The translations under genes were made by a program, and so were the position numbers. 16,395 nucleotides of DNA, taken from NCBI RefSeq assembly GCF_006345805.1, contig NW_021825179.1:1-16395 (forward strand), written 5' to 3'. This stretch comes from Octopus sinensis (taxonomy: Eukaryota). A model generated the notes under the pieces. That model had not been told where the DNA came from, ran no database searches, and was given only the letters and a program-made list of their open reading frames with translations. Below are positions 1 to 9,864 of this stretch, one piece after another (within the stretch, counting starts at the first letter, position 1; every line of letters begins with the position of its first letter).

Positions 1-200
1 CACGCATACATACATACACACACGCACACAAATACATACACGCATACATACACAAATACATACACGCATACATACACAAATACATACACGCATACATACA
101 TACAAACGCACATACATACATGCACACATACATACACACACACATACTTACACACATACATACATACACACGCACATACATACATGCATACATACATACA
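1..200. repeat. Compound (CATA)n/(CA)n microsatellite with a 24-bp higher-order unit
   Basis: CATA/CA runs; CAAATACATACACGCATACATACA occurs three times in tandem at 29-100. Confidence 0.95.
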
Positions 201-381
201 TGATAGATCGTTAACCACTACACACATTTTTTCTCTCCTTGTTTTTTCTGTCTCTTTCTGTAGAAGAGCGTAGGCTCGAAACGTAAAATCCTTTTTTCTA
301 TTCTTGAGCGTTATACTAATACATCTGTTTGTTTTGTACACCACCTGCCTTCGTCTTTTGTTTTTTTCGTAAACTCTCCCT
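201..381 (+). mobile_element. Short repeat island, probable Penelope-like element terminal remnant
   Basis: ~180-bp complex, T-rich island between two (TACA)n tracts, containing a hammerhead-like motif at 255-288. Family assignment is inferred from that motif and layout only. Confidence 0.4.
255..288 (+). ncRNA. Degenerate minimal type I hammerhead ribozyme-like motif
   Basis: TTT-CTGTAGA-A-GAGC(GTAG)GCTC-GAAA-CG-TA-AAA: 4-bp stem II, GAAA, palindromic ACGT stem III, GUA triplet, 3-bp stem I. Core CUGUAGA deviates from CUGANGA at A6. Confidence 0.35.
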
Positions 382-629
382 ACATACATACATACATACA
401 TACATACATCAAACGAGAAAGATTCCCCAAGGATTACAAGGCACTTAATAAAGCTCATCCGTCGATTGTATTGTTAAAGGCATGAAACTTTTTGTAGTAG
501 CTCACATTTAAATACTATGTATATATGAAATAATTTACATAGTATTACACCGCATTGAGTACTTTTTCTGTTGATCAACAAAACAGCACACGATGTGTGT
601 GTCGGGTGGGGTGTATTCCATTATATAGC

Positions 630-745
630 AAGAGAGAGCGAGACGGAGAGGGAGATAGACAGATAGACACCTACACCCACCCACACACACACAGATTTAG
701 CGATAGATAAATAGAGAGAGAGGGAAGAGAGAGAAAGAAAAGGAA

Positions 746-804
<59 letters not shown>

Positions 805-805
805 T
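630..805. repeat. (GA)n/(CA)n/(GATA)n/(GACA)n compound microsatellite
   Basis: Directly visible simple repeats. Confidence 0.9.
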
Positions 806-893
806 GTTTAAGCGCCTAGTAGCGTTCGTGATATTCCTTTAAAGTTGACGAAAACTCAACGAATCACGTGATAACAAATTACTCTGTTATCAA

Positions 894-919
894 CCAGCAT
901 GGCCGTCTAATTGAGTGAA
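894..919 (+). mobile_element. SINE 3'-tail remnant
   Basis: CCAGCATGGCCG-TCTAATTGAGTGAA aligns with the tail of the in-window SINE (minus strand CCAGCATGGCCGCAGTCTAATGACTGAA near 10124-10150); first 12 nt identical. Confidence 0.45.
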
Positions 920-1002
920 TGAACAACCTTCGAACTTGAAGTGGCATCAAACGGCATGTATACTTAGAGAATATATATTAGACTGGAGTGTTTAGATAAA
1001 TA

Positions 1003-1004
<2 letters not shown>

Positions 1005-1063
<59 letters not shown>

Positions 1064-1470
1064 ATATGTAAGTGTGTGAGTATTTATATCTATCTATATT
1101 GCACAATTTTACTAACTGTATATGTACAGAAAGTTTCGTGCATGTACACACACACACATACACTTATATGTGTGTGTGTTTTCTTTCTGTGTGTGTGTAT
1201 ATATAAGGATAACTACGATCCATGTTTATATATATATATATATGTATGTATGTATGTATATATAGAGAGACAGAGAGAGCGAGAGAAAGAGAGGGCGAGA
1301 GAGAGAGATATAGGTATATATATGTATGTACATATACACACATATATATATATATACATATATGCATTTATATATATATGTATACATATATATACATATA
1401 TATGCATATATATATATATAAATATGTCTGTGTGTATGTATACATTATATATGTGTGTGCGTGTGTGTGT
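1005..1470. repeat. (TG)n/(TA)n/(GA)n compound microsatellite field
   Basis: Long (TG)n at ~1005-1060 followed by TA, TATG and GA runs; explains ORFs 978-1588. Confidence 0.95.
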
Positions 1471-2266
1471 TAGCGGTTACAGTAACCGACTAAGGGATAA
1501 GATATCCATATATACTATCGGTATCCGTTACCCGTCTTATCCCCAGGCATTGGTTTGCAGGTACACCATACATGTGGAGTGCAGATAACAACAGGATAAA
1601 CAAAAGTTTATCAGGAACCAATGCAAATAATTAGAAAATGGAATATTAATTATGGATAACAATAAATCAGTGTAGCTTCAAAATGTAGTAGATTCCTGGC
1701 CCCTTATTGACATATGAATATCTGATGTGGGGTGTGGGTTTGTGAGGCTCCACGTGGGATGCAGTTGAAGTATTGATTGTGTTGGGTGCAGGGCTGTGAG
1801 TGCGATAATTTGGATGTGATTGCCGCTATTTATATCAAACAAAATCTTGGAAAGATCTACAATGGCGAGACTCTTTTGCATAGTAAAGAATTAGTCTTAC
1901 CGGATCAAGTTCGAGTTTAGGTTAAAAGGAAGCACTGGGCAGATATACTATTGCTACACCTTATACCATGAGAGAGCATATTTTCTCCATGTTCTCTGAA
2001 GTGAAGTTGCTTTTCGGAGTTTTTCTTTTCGAGGGGGGGGGGGGGCGAAAAGAAAGTAAAAAAATAGGTACAACGATCAAAATGGATCGAAATCGTTGGG
2101 GATATATGCAAAAAATGTCGAAATAGTACAAAGAGTTCCCAAAAAATGGGAAGGTTTATCTGTGGAAAGAAAAGCATACGAAAAGACCACAGTAACCTCG
2201 GGCAATTACGTCACACATTAACATGTATATACAAATAAGTAACCCTCTGTATTAAATTTTTACGGT

Positions 2267-2668
2267 TCATAGGCTCATGTTCGAGGTGGCTTCGTCATTC
2301 ATACGTGCCATTCTTGCTACATTTACCCATCTTTTGAAACAGTCGCTAAACAAAACTTCCCTCTCTACTCTCACTTTCCTTTTCAAGTGATACTTGAAGA
2401 AGTTGATGAGAGATCGACAAGAGAGTAAAGTGTTTGTCTCTAATCCTTTCAGACACGTCCACCAGATACATTCTTTCGCCATAGCCACAAGTATTATAAA
2501 AATACCTCTTCCTTCCCGTTTGAAAGAAGGAGGCGTGACGATATTGACGATAGACTCGGCTGATAAACCGACTCGTCCCACACGTGAAAGCAGTCGTTCG
2601 ACATAAGCCCACAGGTTGGAAATGGTTGGACACTGCAGAAGTGCGTGCAGAACGGTTTCGACGCCATC
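2267..2668 (-). pseudogene. LINE ORF2 C-terminal domain (second half of the L1-type zinc-binding motif and tail)
   Basis: The frame of ORF 2267..2581 extends upstream to DGVETVLHALLQCPTISNLWAYVERLL; ETxxHxxxxC..LW is the C-terminal CCHC signature of L1/Tx1 ORF2. Stop at 2267. Confidence 0.8.
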
Positions 2669-3327
2669 CAGCCGCGGAATATGGGACCGAAGCCGGCCGC
2701 TATGAGGACAGCCTCCAAGTATCGATGGTCTACCCTATTGGAAGCTTTAGATTGATCCAAATTGATCAGCGCCCCACCCATGCCAGGTTCCTTAGCTACC
2801 CTGTCTATGATGTAGCGCATCAGATGGAGGTTGTTGTGGATGCTCCGGCCCAGCACGGCGCACGTTTGCGCCTTGTCGACCAGTTTCTCGATGACAAGTG
2901 CCAACCTCTTGGCTAACACCTTGGCCAAAATTTTCAAGTCTGCATTGAGCAGAGTGATTGGCCTATAGTTATCTATAATGTCCCCTTTGTTTAGATCTTT
3001 CTTTAGCAGGGTTACGGCTCCTCGGCTCACAAAACTGGGTATGCTTCCGTTCTGCTGCCAGTTGCAGTACACCACTGCTAAGACGTCTCCAAACAAGTCT
3101 GGCATACAATTGTAAAGGTCGTAGAGCAGACCATCCAAACCCGGCGATTTGTCCCTTGAGCATCCTGCCATCGCATCCCTCACTTCCGCTGCCGTGATGG
3201 CACCTTCGCAGCACTCCGCCTCTCTTGTCGAGAGTCGTGGCAGGAGTCCAACCTGGAGTCCAACCTGCGTTCTCGCTCGCCACTCCTCCCTAACAGTCGG
3301 GCAAAATGCTGCTGAAACGCCTCGCAC
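2669..3327 (-). pseudogene. LINE ORF2 reverse transcriptase, N-terminal subdomains only
   Basis: KSPGLDGL, NYRPITLLNADLKILAKVLAKRL, GRSIHNN, GALINLDQSKASNRVDHRYL, GFGPIFRGW are non-LTR RT motifs. Similarity stops at ~2670, before the QG and YADD motifs. Confidence 0.92.
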
Positions 3328-3759
3328 ATCTTGCTCGGCTCGAGCAACTCGCGTCCCTGTTCATCTACCAGGGACCGAATGGTGGCTTTGTTGCCTCGTT
3401 GCACCTCGACCACCTGGGCCTCTCTCGCAGCTCCAACACCTTCCATACTTAGAGCACGCATCCTAGCCCTGAAAGCACACCTTTCGTGTTTGGCGTTGAA
3501 GTGTTGGTCGAGGGCCAACCTCGCCGCCAAAACGTCGGATGTGATGCCGCTTCTTATTGCCTCTTCTAACTTCTTAACTAGCTCATCCTCAACTCTATTT
3601 CTATCTATGGCTGGTGCCTTGCTATACCTAATGGCTTCTGCTTTTACTGCTCTCTTGAGGGCAAACCACCATTTGTTGTTGATGATGGCTCCCGTCAAAG
3701 CCCTCTTTACTAGTGTGCTAATTCGGTTTCTGAAAACCTGTCTCGATGGGAAAGACGCG
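3180..3759 (-). pseudogene. LINE ORF2 EN-RT linker segment
   Basis: Frame continues WKLN as ASFPSRQVFRNRISTLVKRALTG...CEAFQQHFARL after a frameshift at ~3759; a second frameshift near 3240-3290 joins the RT frame. Confidence 0.75.
3243..3266. repeat. 12-bp tandem duplication inside ORF2
   Basis: GGAGTCCAACCT twice (3243-3254, 3255-3266). Confidence 0.9.
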
Positions 3760-4509
3760 ATTCAATTTCCAGTAACCGGGACCCTGCCTATGTGCCTTAT
3801 CTAATTCTAGCGTACACGTCACAAGTTTGTGATCTGTGTAGCTGACTATGTGGAACTGTGGCCATCCTAAGCTATCCCTATCTGCTGTCCTGCATAGTAT
3901 CCTATCTAGATACGATCTCGACGACCCAATGCGGTTGCTCCATGTCCACGTTGGCACATTTTGATAGTCGAGTCGGTACCTGTCAGAAAGTTGAAAGCGT
4001 CTGAGCAGGTCTCTGAGGCATTTACATCCCCGTCTATTTTCGTCTCTTCCCACGTAGTCTAGATGCGTGTCCAAGATAGCATTCCAATCCCCCACTAAAA
4101 GTAAAGGACGAGACGTTCCCAGAAATACTTTTAGACGTCGAAAGAGATCCGGCCAACCTGTTAAAAGCGGTGCATAGATTGCCAGGAGTCGAAAAGCGCA
4201 CCCATCGCTGCCGTCGACATCCAGGACAACCAGTCTACCCTCCGGGCCTACGAATATCTTCTTCACTTCGAGATCCAGACTCTTGCGAAAAAGTACCACC
4301 GTGCCACTACCGCCCATTCTTGGCAGACAGGGAGAAAAATATATGTTAAACTCTCCGCCAAACATGGACTTTAGGGCCCGTGGTTCATGGAGTCTGGTCT
4401 CACTTATTGCTATGATTCCCAAATTATGTGACTCGATGTCATTTAAAAGGTACCCTTGTTTCCAAGGGGACCCCAAGCCACGCGCATTCACACAACCAAT
4501 CTTGACCAT
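3718..4509 (-). pseudogene. LINE ORF2 apurinic-like (APE/EEP) endonuclease domain
   Basis: ATG at 4509; NARGL, ISET, IYAP, LVGDWN, SYLDRI, TDHKLV, GPGYWKLN are the conserved L1-type endonuclease motifs. Confidence 0.95.
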
Positions 4510-4558
4510 GATCCTATTGAGTTGTGTGCTTTAAAACACAAGCGAAAGGAAAGGAGAG

Positions 4559-6238
4559 TTACTTACCTTTCGAAAGATTTGTCTCATCCTTTGATTTTTC
4601 ATCAAGGAGGCTGTTATACATTTTTTTGCATAAATATTTATGACATCCCCCTACCGCATTGGGATAGAGGGACTTTAGAGTGTGGTGCAATGTTGGTGAT
4701 ATGTGATAAATTTTTATGTGTTCTGGTGGTGTTGTGTGTGGGTGGTTGTTCGTTTTAATGTCGTTTTCTGTAATGTTTGTGTTTGTGTTGATATATTTCA
4801 TCAACTCTGTGTTTTTGGTGTCTATGGCTGTGAGCATATTCTTTGTATATATTTTTGTGGCGTTGATATTGTTTGTAGTAGGGTTTGAGATGTCTTCAGG
4901 AGATGTATATTTCCCTGCTTTGTTTGCGTTTGTATTGGATTTTGTTCTTTTTTTTTTTTGCTCCTTTTCCTCCTTCCTTTTCTGGCTATTTGCCATTCCT
5001 CAGTGCTTTCGTCTTCCGACGAAATTTCCGAGGAATCGGAAAGGGGTAGGGGCATGTTGTAGGCTTCAATGTGTGTTTGTGTAATTGGTTCTGTTGTTGT
5101 TTTCGTTGGTGTTGGATGTTGACTACTTGTGTGTGGTGTGTGTGATGTGGAGGAAGGAGAATCAGTTTTTGTATTGTCTTTTGGTTTTACTGTTTCTTTA
5201 GTTCTTGCTGTTGGTGGTGTTTATTCAGATGTTCTTGTATGTTCATTTGTTGGTGTTAGCGGGTTTGGTTTTGTACTCCCTTTGTTTGTCCTCTGTGCTG
5301 ATGGTGACTTTTTCCTTGTTGTGGTTGTTGTTCTTGTTCTGGTTTTTGTTGTTGTTTTTTTGCTGTTGGGCAATCATTTTTGAGGTGCTCCTCGCTACCA
5401 CACAAGTAACAGCGAGGCCTCCTACCCTCTACCACCACGTAAAAGAAATTGCCGTCTAGCAGCTCAATTTGGTGGAGGATGTTATTGATTTGGTTTTGAT
5501 CAATTTGCATCAATAACTGAACCATTTTCCCCGACCATTTCTTTTCCTCCAAGGAGGCATATTCAAGAATATTTATATTCTCCTCCATTTTGTAGCAAAT
5601 GGATGACAACAGCCATTGTGATTCTATTTCTGGAGGGACATTGTTAATCGAAATTTTGGTCACGCGTTGACCAAGGTAGGTCGGAATTAAAATTAGTTTT
5701 TCCGACTGTAATGTGAGCGTTGAAAGTTCTTTCGCTCTTTCTTCGCTGTCGAAGCGAACTTGTATAGTGGCATATTTATTTCCCCAATTTAAATAATTCT
5801 TGTAGGCCCATATTGGCCGTAAAAATGAGTTCTGGTTGTGCTTGTTCTGGTCTGCGTGTTTTTGCATTTAGGACTTTATATATCATTGTTTTCTTTTGTG
5901 TGTTGTTTATGATGTTTTGTGGTATATATATGTAAGCGTAGATGTGAACCTTCTTCAGTTAACAGGGCTTTTGTTTGTTTTATTTGTTCTGTTGTGAAGT
6001 GTAATATTGTCTTTTTTCGTTTTAATGCTTGTGCAAAATAGGGTTTGGTGGTAGTGTTGGTGGCAGAGGTGTCACTTGTAGTAGTTGAGGTTGTAGTAAT
6101 GGTGTTATTGTTGGCAGTTATTGTACACGGCAAAACGACGATATCGTTGTTGTTATTGTTGTTGTTGATGGTGGTGATGGTGGTGGTGGTGGTGGTGACA
6201 GGGCTGTTAACGAAAGTGGTTGCAGCGTTCACTTCCAC
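4559..6238 (-). pseudogene. LINE ORF1 (gag-like nucleic-acid binding protein), multiply frameshifted
   Basis: VVVEGRRPRCYLCGSEEHLKNDCP is a CX2CX4HX4C knuckle in 5256..5867. ORFs 5876..6238, 4822..5055 and 4559..4996 appear to be pieces of one reading frame broken largely at A runs; it ends 49 nt before the ORF2 ATG. Confidence 0.75.
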
Positions 6239-6539
6239 GAACTCAGGTTTGTCTTTGATGTCTTGCTGGTCATGTATGTTCTATTCGAATGTGTGTGCGT
6301 GCAGGAATTATTTTTTTCTCATAGCGTTTAAAGGCTAGGGAAATGCTGGTCCATGAAGGAATTTGACCAGCGTTCGACAATAAAATCTCTCAACATTTTT
6401 CAATGTCGAGAAGAAAAACACTAAGATGAAAGTTGGGTGCTTTACACACCATTTTTACAAAAAGGTACACAAAATGAGGGCTATATATAGTCAAAATAAA
6501 CGATTACCTTCGGAGCCGATGTGACAACACGTCAGTCGA

Positions 6540-6551
6540 TAGAATAGATAG

Positions 6552-6632
<81 letters not shown>

Positions 6633-6638
6633 TCAATA

Positions 6639-6672
<34 letters not shown>

Positions 6673-6675
6673 AGG
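6540..6675. repeat. (GATA)n followed by (GATT)n microsatellite
   Basis: Directly visible. Confidence 0.95.
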
Positions 6676-6844
6676 CTAGCTGTAGACAATGACCCATAAA
6701 AGTATCTTCACAACTAAGCGAGGAATTGCAGGCTTTGTTCCTGGTTGAGGAGTTAAAGTTTCATCGTCTACTGTTTAGAGTTCGAAAGAAAATTCTGCTT
6801 CAAATGTGTTGCTTGTTTTTACATCTGTGTGTGCGTATGTAGGT

Positions 6845-7048
6845 AGGTATCTATGTATCTATGTATTTATGTATGTATCTATGCACGTATGCAGACACAC
6901 ACACACACACACATATATATATGTATATGTTTGTATGTGTATATGTATGCTTACACATACACACATATATATATATTTCTTTATATGTGTATATCTGTGT
7001 ATGTATGTGTGTGTTTGTATGCATTTATGCACACACACATACACACAC

Positions 7049-7135
<87 letters not shown>
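6845..7135. repeat. (TATG)/(CA)/(TA)n compound microsatellite
   Basis: Directly visible; pure (TA)n at ~7062-7133. Confidence 0.95.
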
Positions 7136-7136
<1 letters not shown>

Positions 7137-7186
7137 AAAAGCAATAAAGATTCAAGTCAATTTTAATGAATTTACTTGAATATGGT

Positions 7187-7242
7187 ACCTAACTTAGATG
7201 CACCTAACTTAGATGCACCTAACTTAGATGCACCTAACTTAG
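7187..7242. repeat. 15-bp perfect tandem repeat, 3.7 copies
   Basis: ACCTAACTTAGATGC at 7187, 7202 and 7217, plus partial ACCTAACTTAG at 7232. Confidence 0.95.
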
Positions 7243-7383
7243 GATACGTTTATATGCTGCAATTTTTGCAACTTTTAATAAAGCCTGCCTTTGTATGAAA
7301 CGATTGTACTAAAAACTTATCCATTCTTGTTGCTTCTTTCTCGCGTATATATATATATATTATATGTATATATGAATATATAG

Positions 7384-8007
7384 ACTTGGACGCTATACAC
7401 ACGCCAAGAGCGTTGCCTAAACATCTTTCACCTGCGCTGCCTCCGGAAAATCCTCCGCATCAAATGGCAGAACCATATCCCCAACAAAGATGTCCTCAGG
7501 CAAGCAGGAATACCAAGCATGTTTGCACTCCTCACACAAAGACATATAAGATGGCTTGGGCATGTTAGCCGTATGAAAGATGGCAGAATCCCCAAGGACA
7601 TACTCTACGGAGAGCTTGCTAGGGGTACTAGGTCTGTGGGTAGGCTGATCTTACGTTACAAGGATGTTTGCAAAAGGGACATGAAGGCCTGCAACATCAA
7701 TATTAGCGGTTGGGAGGCAGTTGCCGGCAACCGTGGAGACTGGCGACGTACCGTAAAAGAGGGAACACAAAGGAGTGACAGAGAGAAATGGAAAGACAAG
7801 AAAAGACGTCAACAAGAAAGTATGACATTACAACCAGCCAGGCAAAGTCTTCGCTACATTTGCGGTACCTGCCAGAGGGAGTGCTTGTCCAGGATAGGAC
7901 TACACAGCCACAGCAGGAAATGTATCAGGACATGAAATGTAAAAGCCGGACTAGACTACTTTATGCGCAACTCCATTGTCTCCCGAGACAAAAAGGATGC
8001 CAACCAA
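7384..8007 (+). mobile_element. RTE-clade LINE 3' fragment (5'-truncated)
   Basis: Open frame 7384-7935: TWTLY...FHLRCLRKILRIKWQNHIPNKDVL...RWLGHVSRMKDGRIPKDILYGEL...RYKDVCKRDMK...CGTCQRECLSRIGLHSHSRKC, the typical RTE C-terminus with one zinc finger. A short 3' UTR runs into (TA)n. Confidence 0.9.
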
Positions 8008-8220
8008 TATATATGTATATATATATATATATTAATATATATGCATATGTGTGTATAAGTGTGTATATACACAAATATATGTATGCATGTGTATATGTAT
8101 GCATATATATATGTGTGTGCGTGTGTGTGTGTGTGTGCATGTGTGTGTGTGTGTGTGTCTAAGAGATAGAGAGAGAGAGAATATGTGTGCATGTATATAC
8201 AGCAACAACAAATACATAAA
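8008..8220. repeat. (TA)/(TG)/(GA) compound microsatellite
   Basis: Directly visible. Confidence 0.9.
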
Positions 8221-8339
8221 CACAACAATGCGAACACGTTTATTCCTTTGTAACACTAACACAACACCTTCACACTAGGACTGTCAAAGCGTAGCTAACA
8301 CGGCGACGCCACACGTGCATCATAGTCAACAGAACAACT

Positions 8340-8380
8340 CACACGCACACACACATACACACACACACACATACATACAT

Positions 8381-8445
<65 letters not shown>

Positions 8446-8561
8446 AATAAAATATTTGTTGTACAAGATTTTTTATGTGAAGTCGTGTATTGAAACAGAT
8501 ATTGTTATACATAGTGCGTGTGTTTTTATTGGCTAAACTGGCAAAATGACCATTCCGAAAT

Positions 8562-8616
<55 letters not shown>

Positions 8617-8660
8617 ATATAAGCGCATACACACATGCACGCGCGTGTATACCCACACAC
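8340..8660. repeat. (CA)/(TA)n microsatellites enclosing a ~120-bp complex island (8443-8565)
   Basis: Two (TA)n tracts at ~8398-8442 and ~8566-8620 flank a non-simple insert of unknown family. Confidence 0.85.
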
Positions 8661-8778
8661 AAAATATGCGAGAGGTATTTCAGGGTATATTTGTTAATGT
8701 GATAAAACAAGTCTAATCTATCAAAAACCAAATCTTTATCTTCAGAAAAATATTCACGTAAGTTCTCGATAAGCTTTC

Positions 8779-9742
8779 TTACAAGATTCTTTCTATGAAT
8801 CCGTCTTCGATTAATGAATGCAGGACCGGAGCCATTAACATGTTGGCACTAAATGGTCCGCATTCATCACTGGACAATGATGGCCTTCAGTGAAGTAATG
8901 GTATTGTGAGCATGTCGAGTTGTCTCCCTTTCAACAACGCTCCAAACATGGCAGTCCATGGGATTGAAATCTGCTGGGTTTGGAGACTACAAGTTTGGTG
9001 TTGTATGATCGTAAAGATTGTCTGACATCCATTCCTGGGTTTGTTGGGTTTCGTGAGGTGCCGAGTTTTGTTGAAACATTTACGGTTTTCCACTGCTTAT
9101 TTCGTATATCTAGGGCTTAACATCTGTCTCCAGTTCTTCATCGTACCTGTTAACATTAATTCTAAGACTCTGTGGAAAGATGTGAGGTGGCATGACTCGA
9201 CCCTTTTTACTGAACAGTCCTAAAACCATCAGATTTGTATCACTCTATCAATATTTGTCTTTCCTCCTGTTAAACTTTTGGTCTTTGTTGAAGCTTTTCT
9301 CATCAGAGAAGAACACATGCTTAGCAAGTTCGTGAGAGTTTCTGACCGTATTAAGAAACGGATTGAACGGTTTTCCTGTGTCATTGCAGACGTGAATTTG
9401 TCCCTCTTCAGTGTATACGGATCGTGGTGAAAGTCGTACGCCACAGGTCTGATAGTACACTCTGGTATCTGAAATTCTTTGACAATGGTCATCGATTTTC
9501 CGGACTCATCAACGATGACATTTTGAACCAGGTGGACGTGTTGCGATGTCATAATATCGACCGAAAGTTTGGAATTTTTTTCCTCATCGATACAAGTAAA
9601 ACATTCTTTCCAGGGACTTCTAATTCCACCAAAACTTGCAACATTTAGAAAGTTGACAATTTCTGAATCGCTGTGTTTCTGCACATAGGACCACAATGAC
9701 TGCATGGCTTTTCGTTTTTTGTGTTAGCGTTTCATTCGACAT
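8779..9742 (-). pseudogene. Tc1/mariner superfamily transposase remnant, maT/DD37D-like
   Basis: Across frameshifts and stops: MSNETLTQKTKSHAVIVVL...HSDSEIVNFLNVA, FFSDEKSFNKDQKFNRR (first D), LMVLGLFSKKGRVMPPHIF, MFQQNSAPH (second D mutated to N), SPNPADFNPMDCHVWSVVERET (third D), EDGFIE. Family call comes from motif recognition. Confidence 0.85.
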
Positions 9743-9832
9743 AAGGTATCCCCAAAAAATAAAACCCTTGTAACTGATTTGAAGAGAGTTATATACTGAT
9801 AATGAAGTCAGATGGAATACACCAGGCCCTGT

Positions 9833-9833
9833 G

Positions 9834-9864
<31 letters not shown>

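Larger units (their letters stand above)
2020..6340 (-). mobile_element. L1/Tx1-clade non-LTR retrotransposon, internally deleted and frameshifted
   Basis: Minus-strand order ORF1 (CCHC knuckle), APE endonuclease, RT N-terminal part, C-terminal Cys/His domain, pyrimidine-rich 3' UTR ending in GAAAAGAAAAA near 2020. Both outer boundaries are approximate. Confidence 0.9.

Noticed and set aside
978-1588. ORFs rich in YI/CV/HT dipeptides (also 6491-7179, 7956-8731, 9831-10067, 12694-13020, 14316-14572, 15090-15752)
   Set aside because: Translations of dinucleotide and tetranucleotide microsatellites; no coding signal.
1600-2020. Sequence-specific Tx1 target (U2 snRNA, tRNA, 5S rRNA) in the LINE flanks
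   Set aside because: No such RNA gene sequence is recognisable on either side.
2346-4534. Plus-strand and alternative-frame ORFs over the LINE (e.g. 2584..2916, 3149..3466, 3331..3804, 4283..4534)
   Set aside because: Shadows of the GC-balanced ORF2; no recognisable motifs.
4514-4566. Perfect AG|GTAAGT donor at the end of ORF1 with nearby AG acceptors
   Set aside because: Splicing to either acceptor (4529 or 4514) leaves ORF2 out of frame, so no ORF1-ORF2 fusion is supported.
2013-6515. Possible 7-bp target-site duplication TTCGGAG at 2013-2019 and 6509-6515
   Set aside because: Short, and the right copy lies within a segment (6482-6540) that appears to belong to a different repeat; not used as a boundary without other copies.
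7187-7242. CRISPR-like array
   Set aside because: Contiguous 15-bp units without spacers, eukaryotic context, no cas genes.
8660-9835. Terminal inverted repeats for the maT element (CAGGG near 8681 and near 9828)
   Set aside because: Only ~5 matching bases; not distinguishable from chance.
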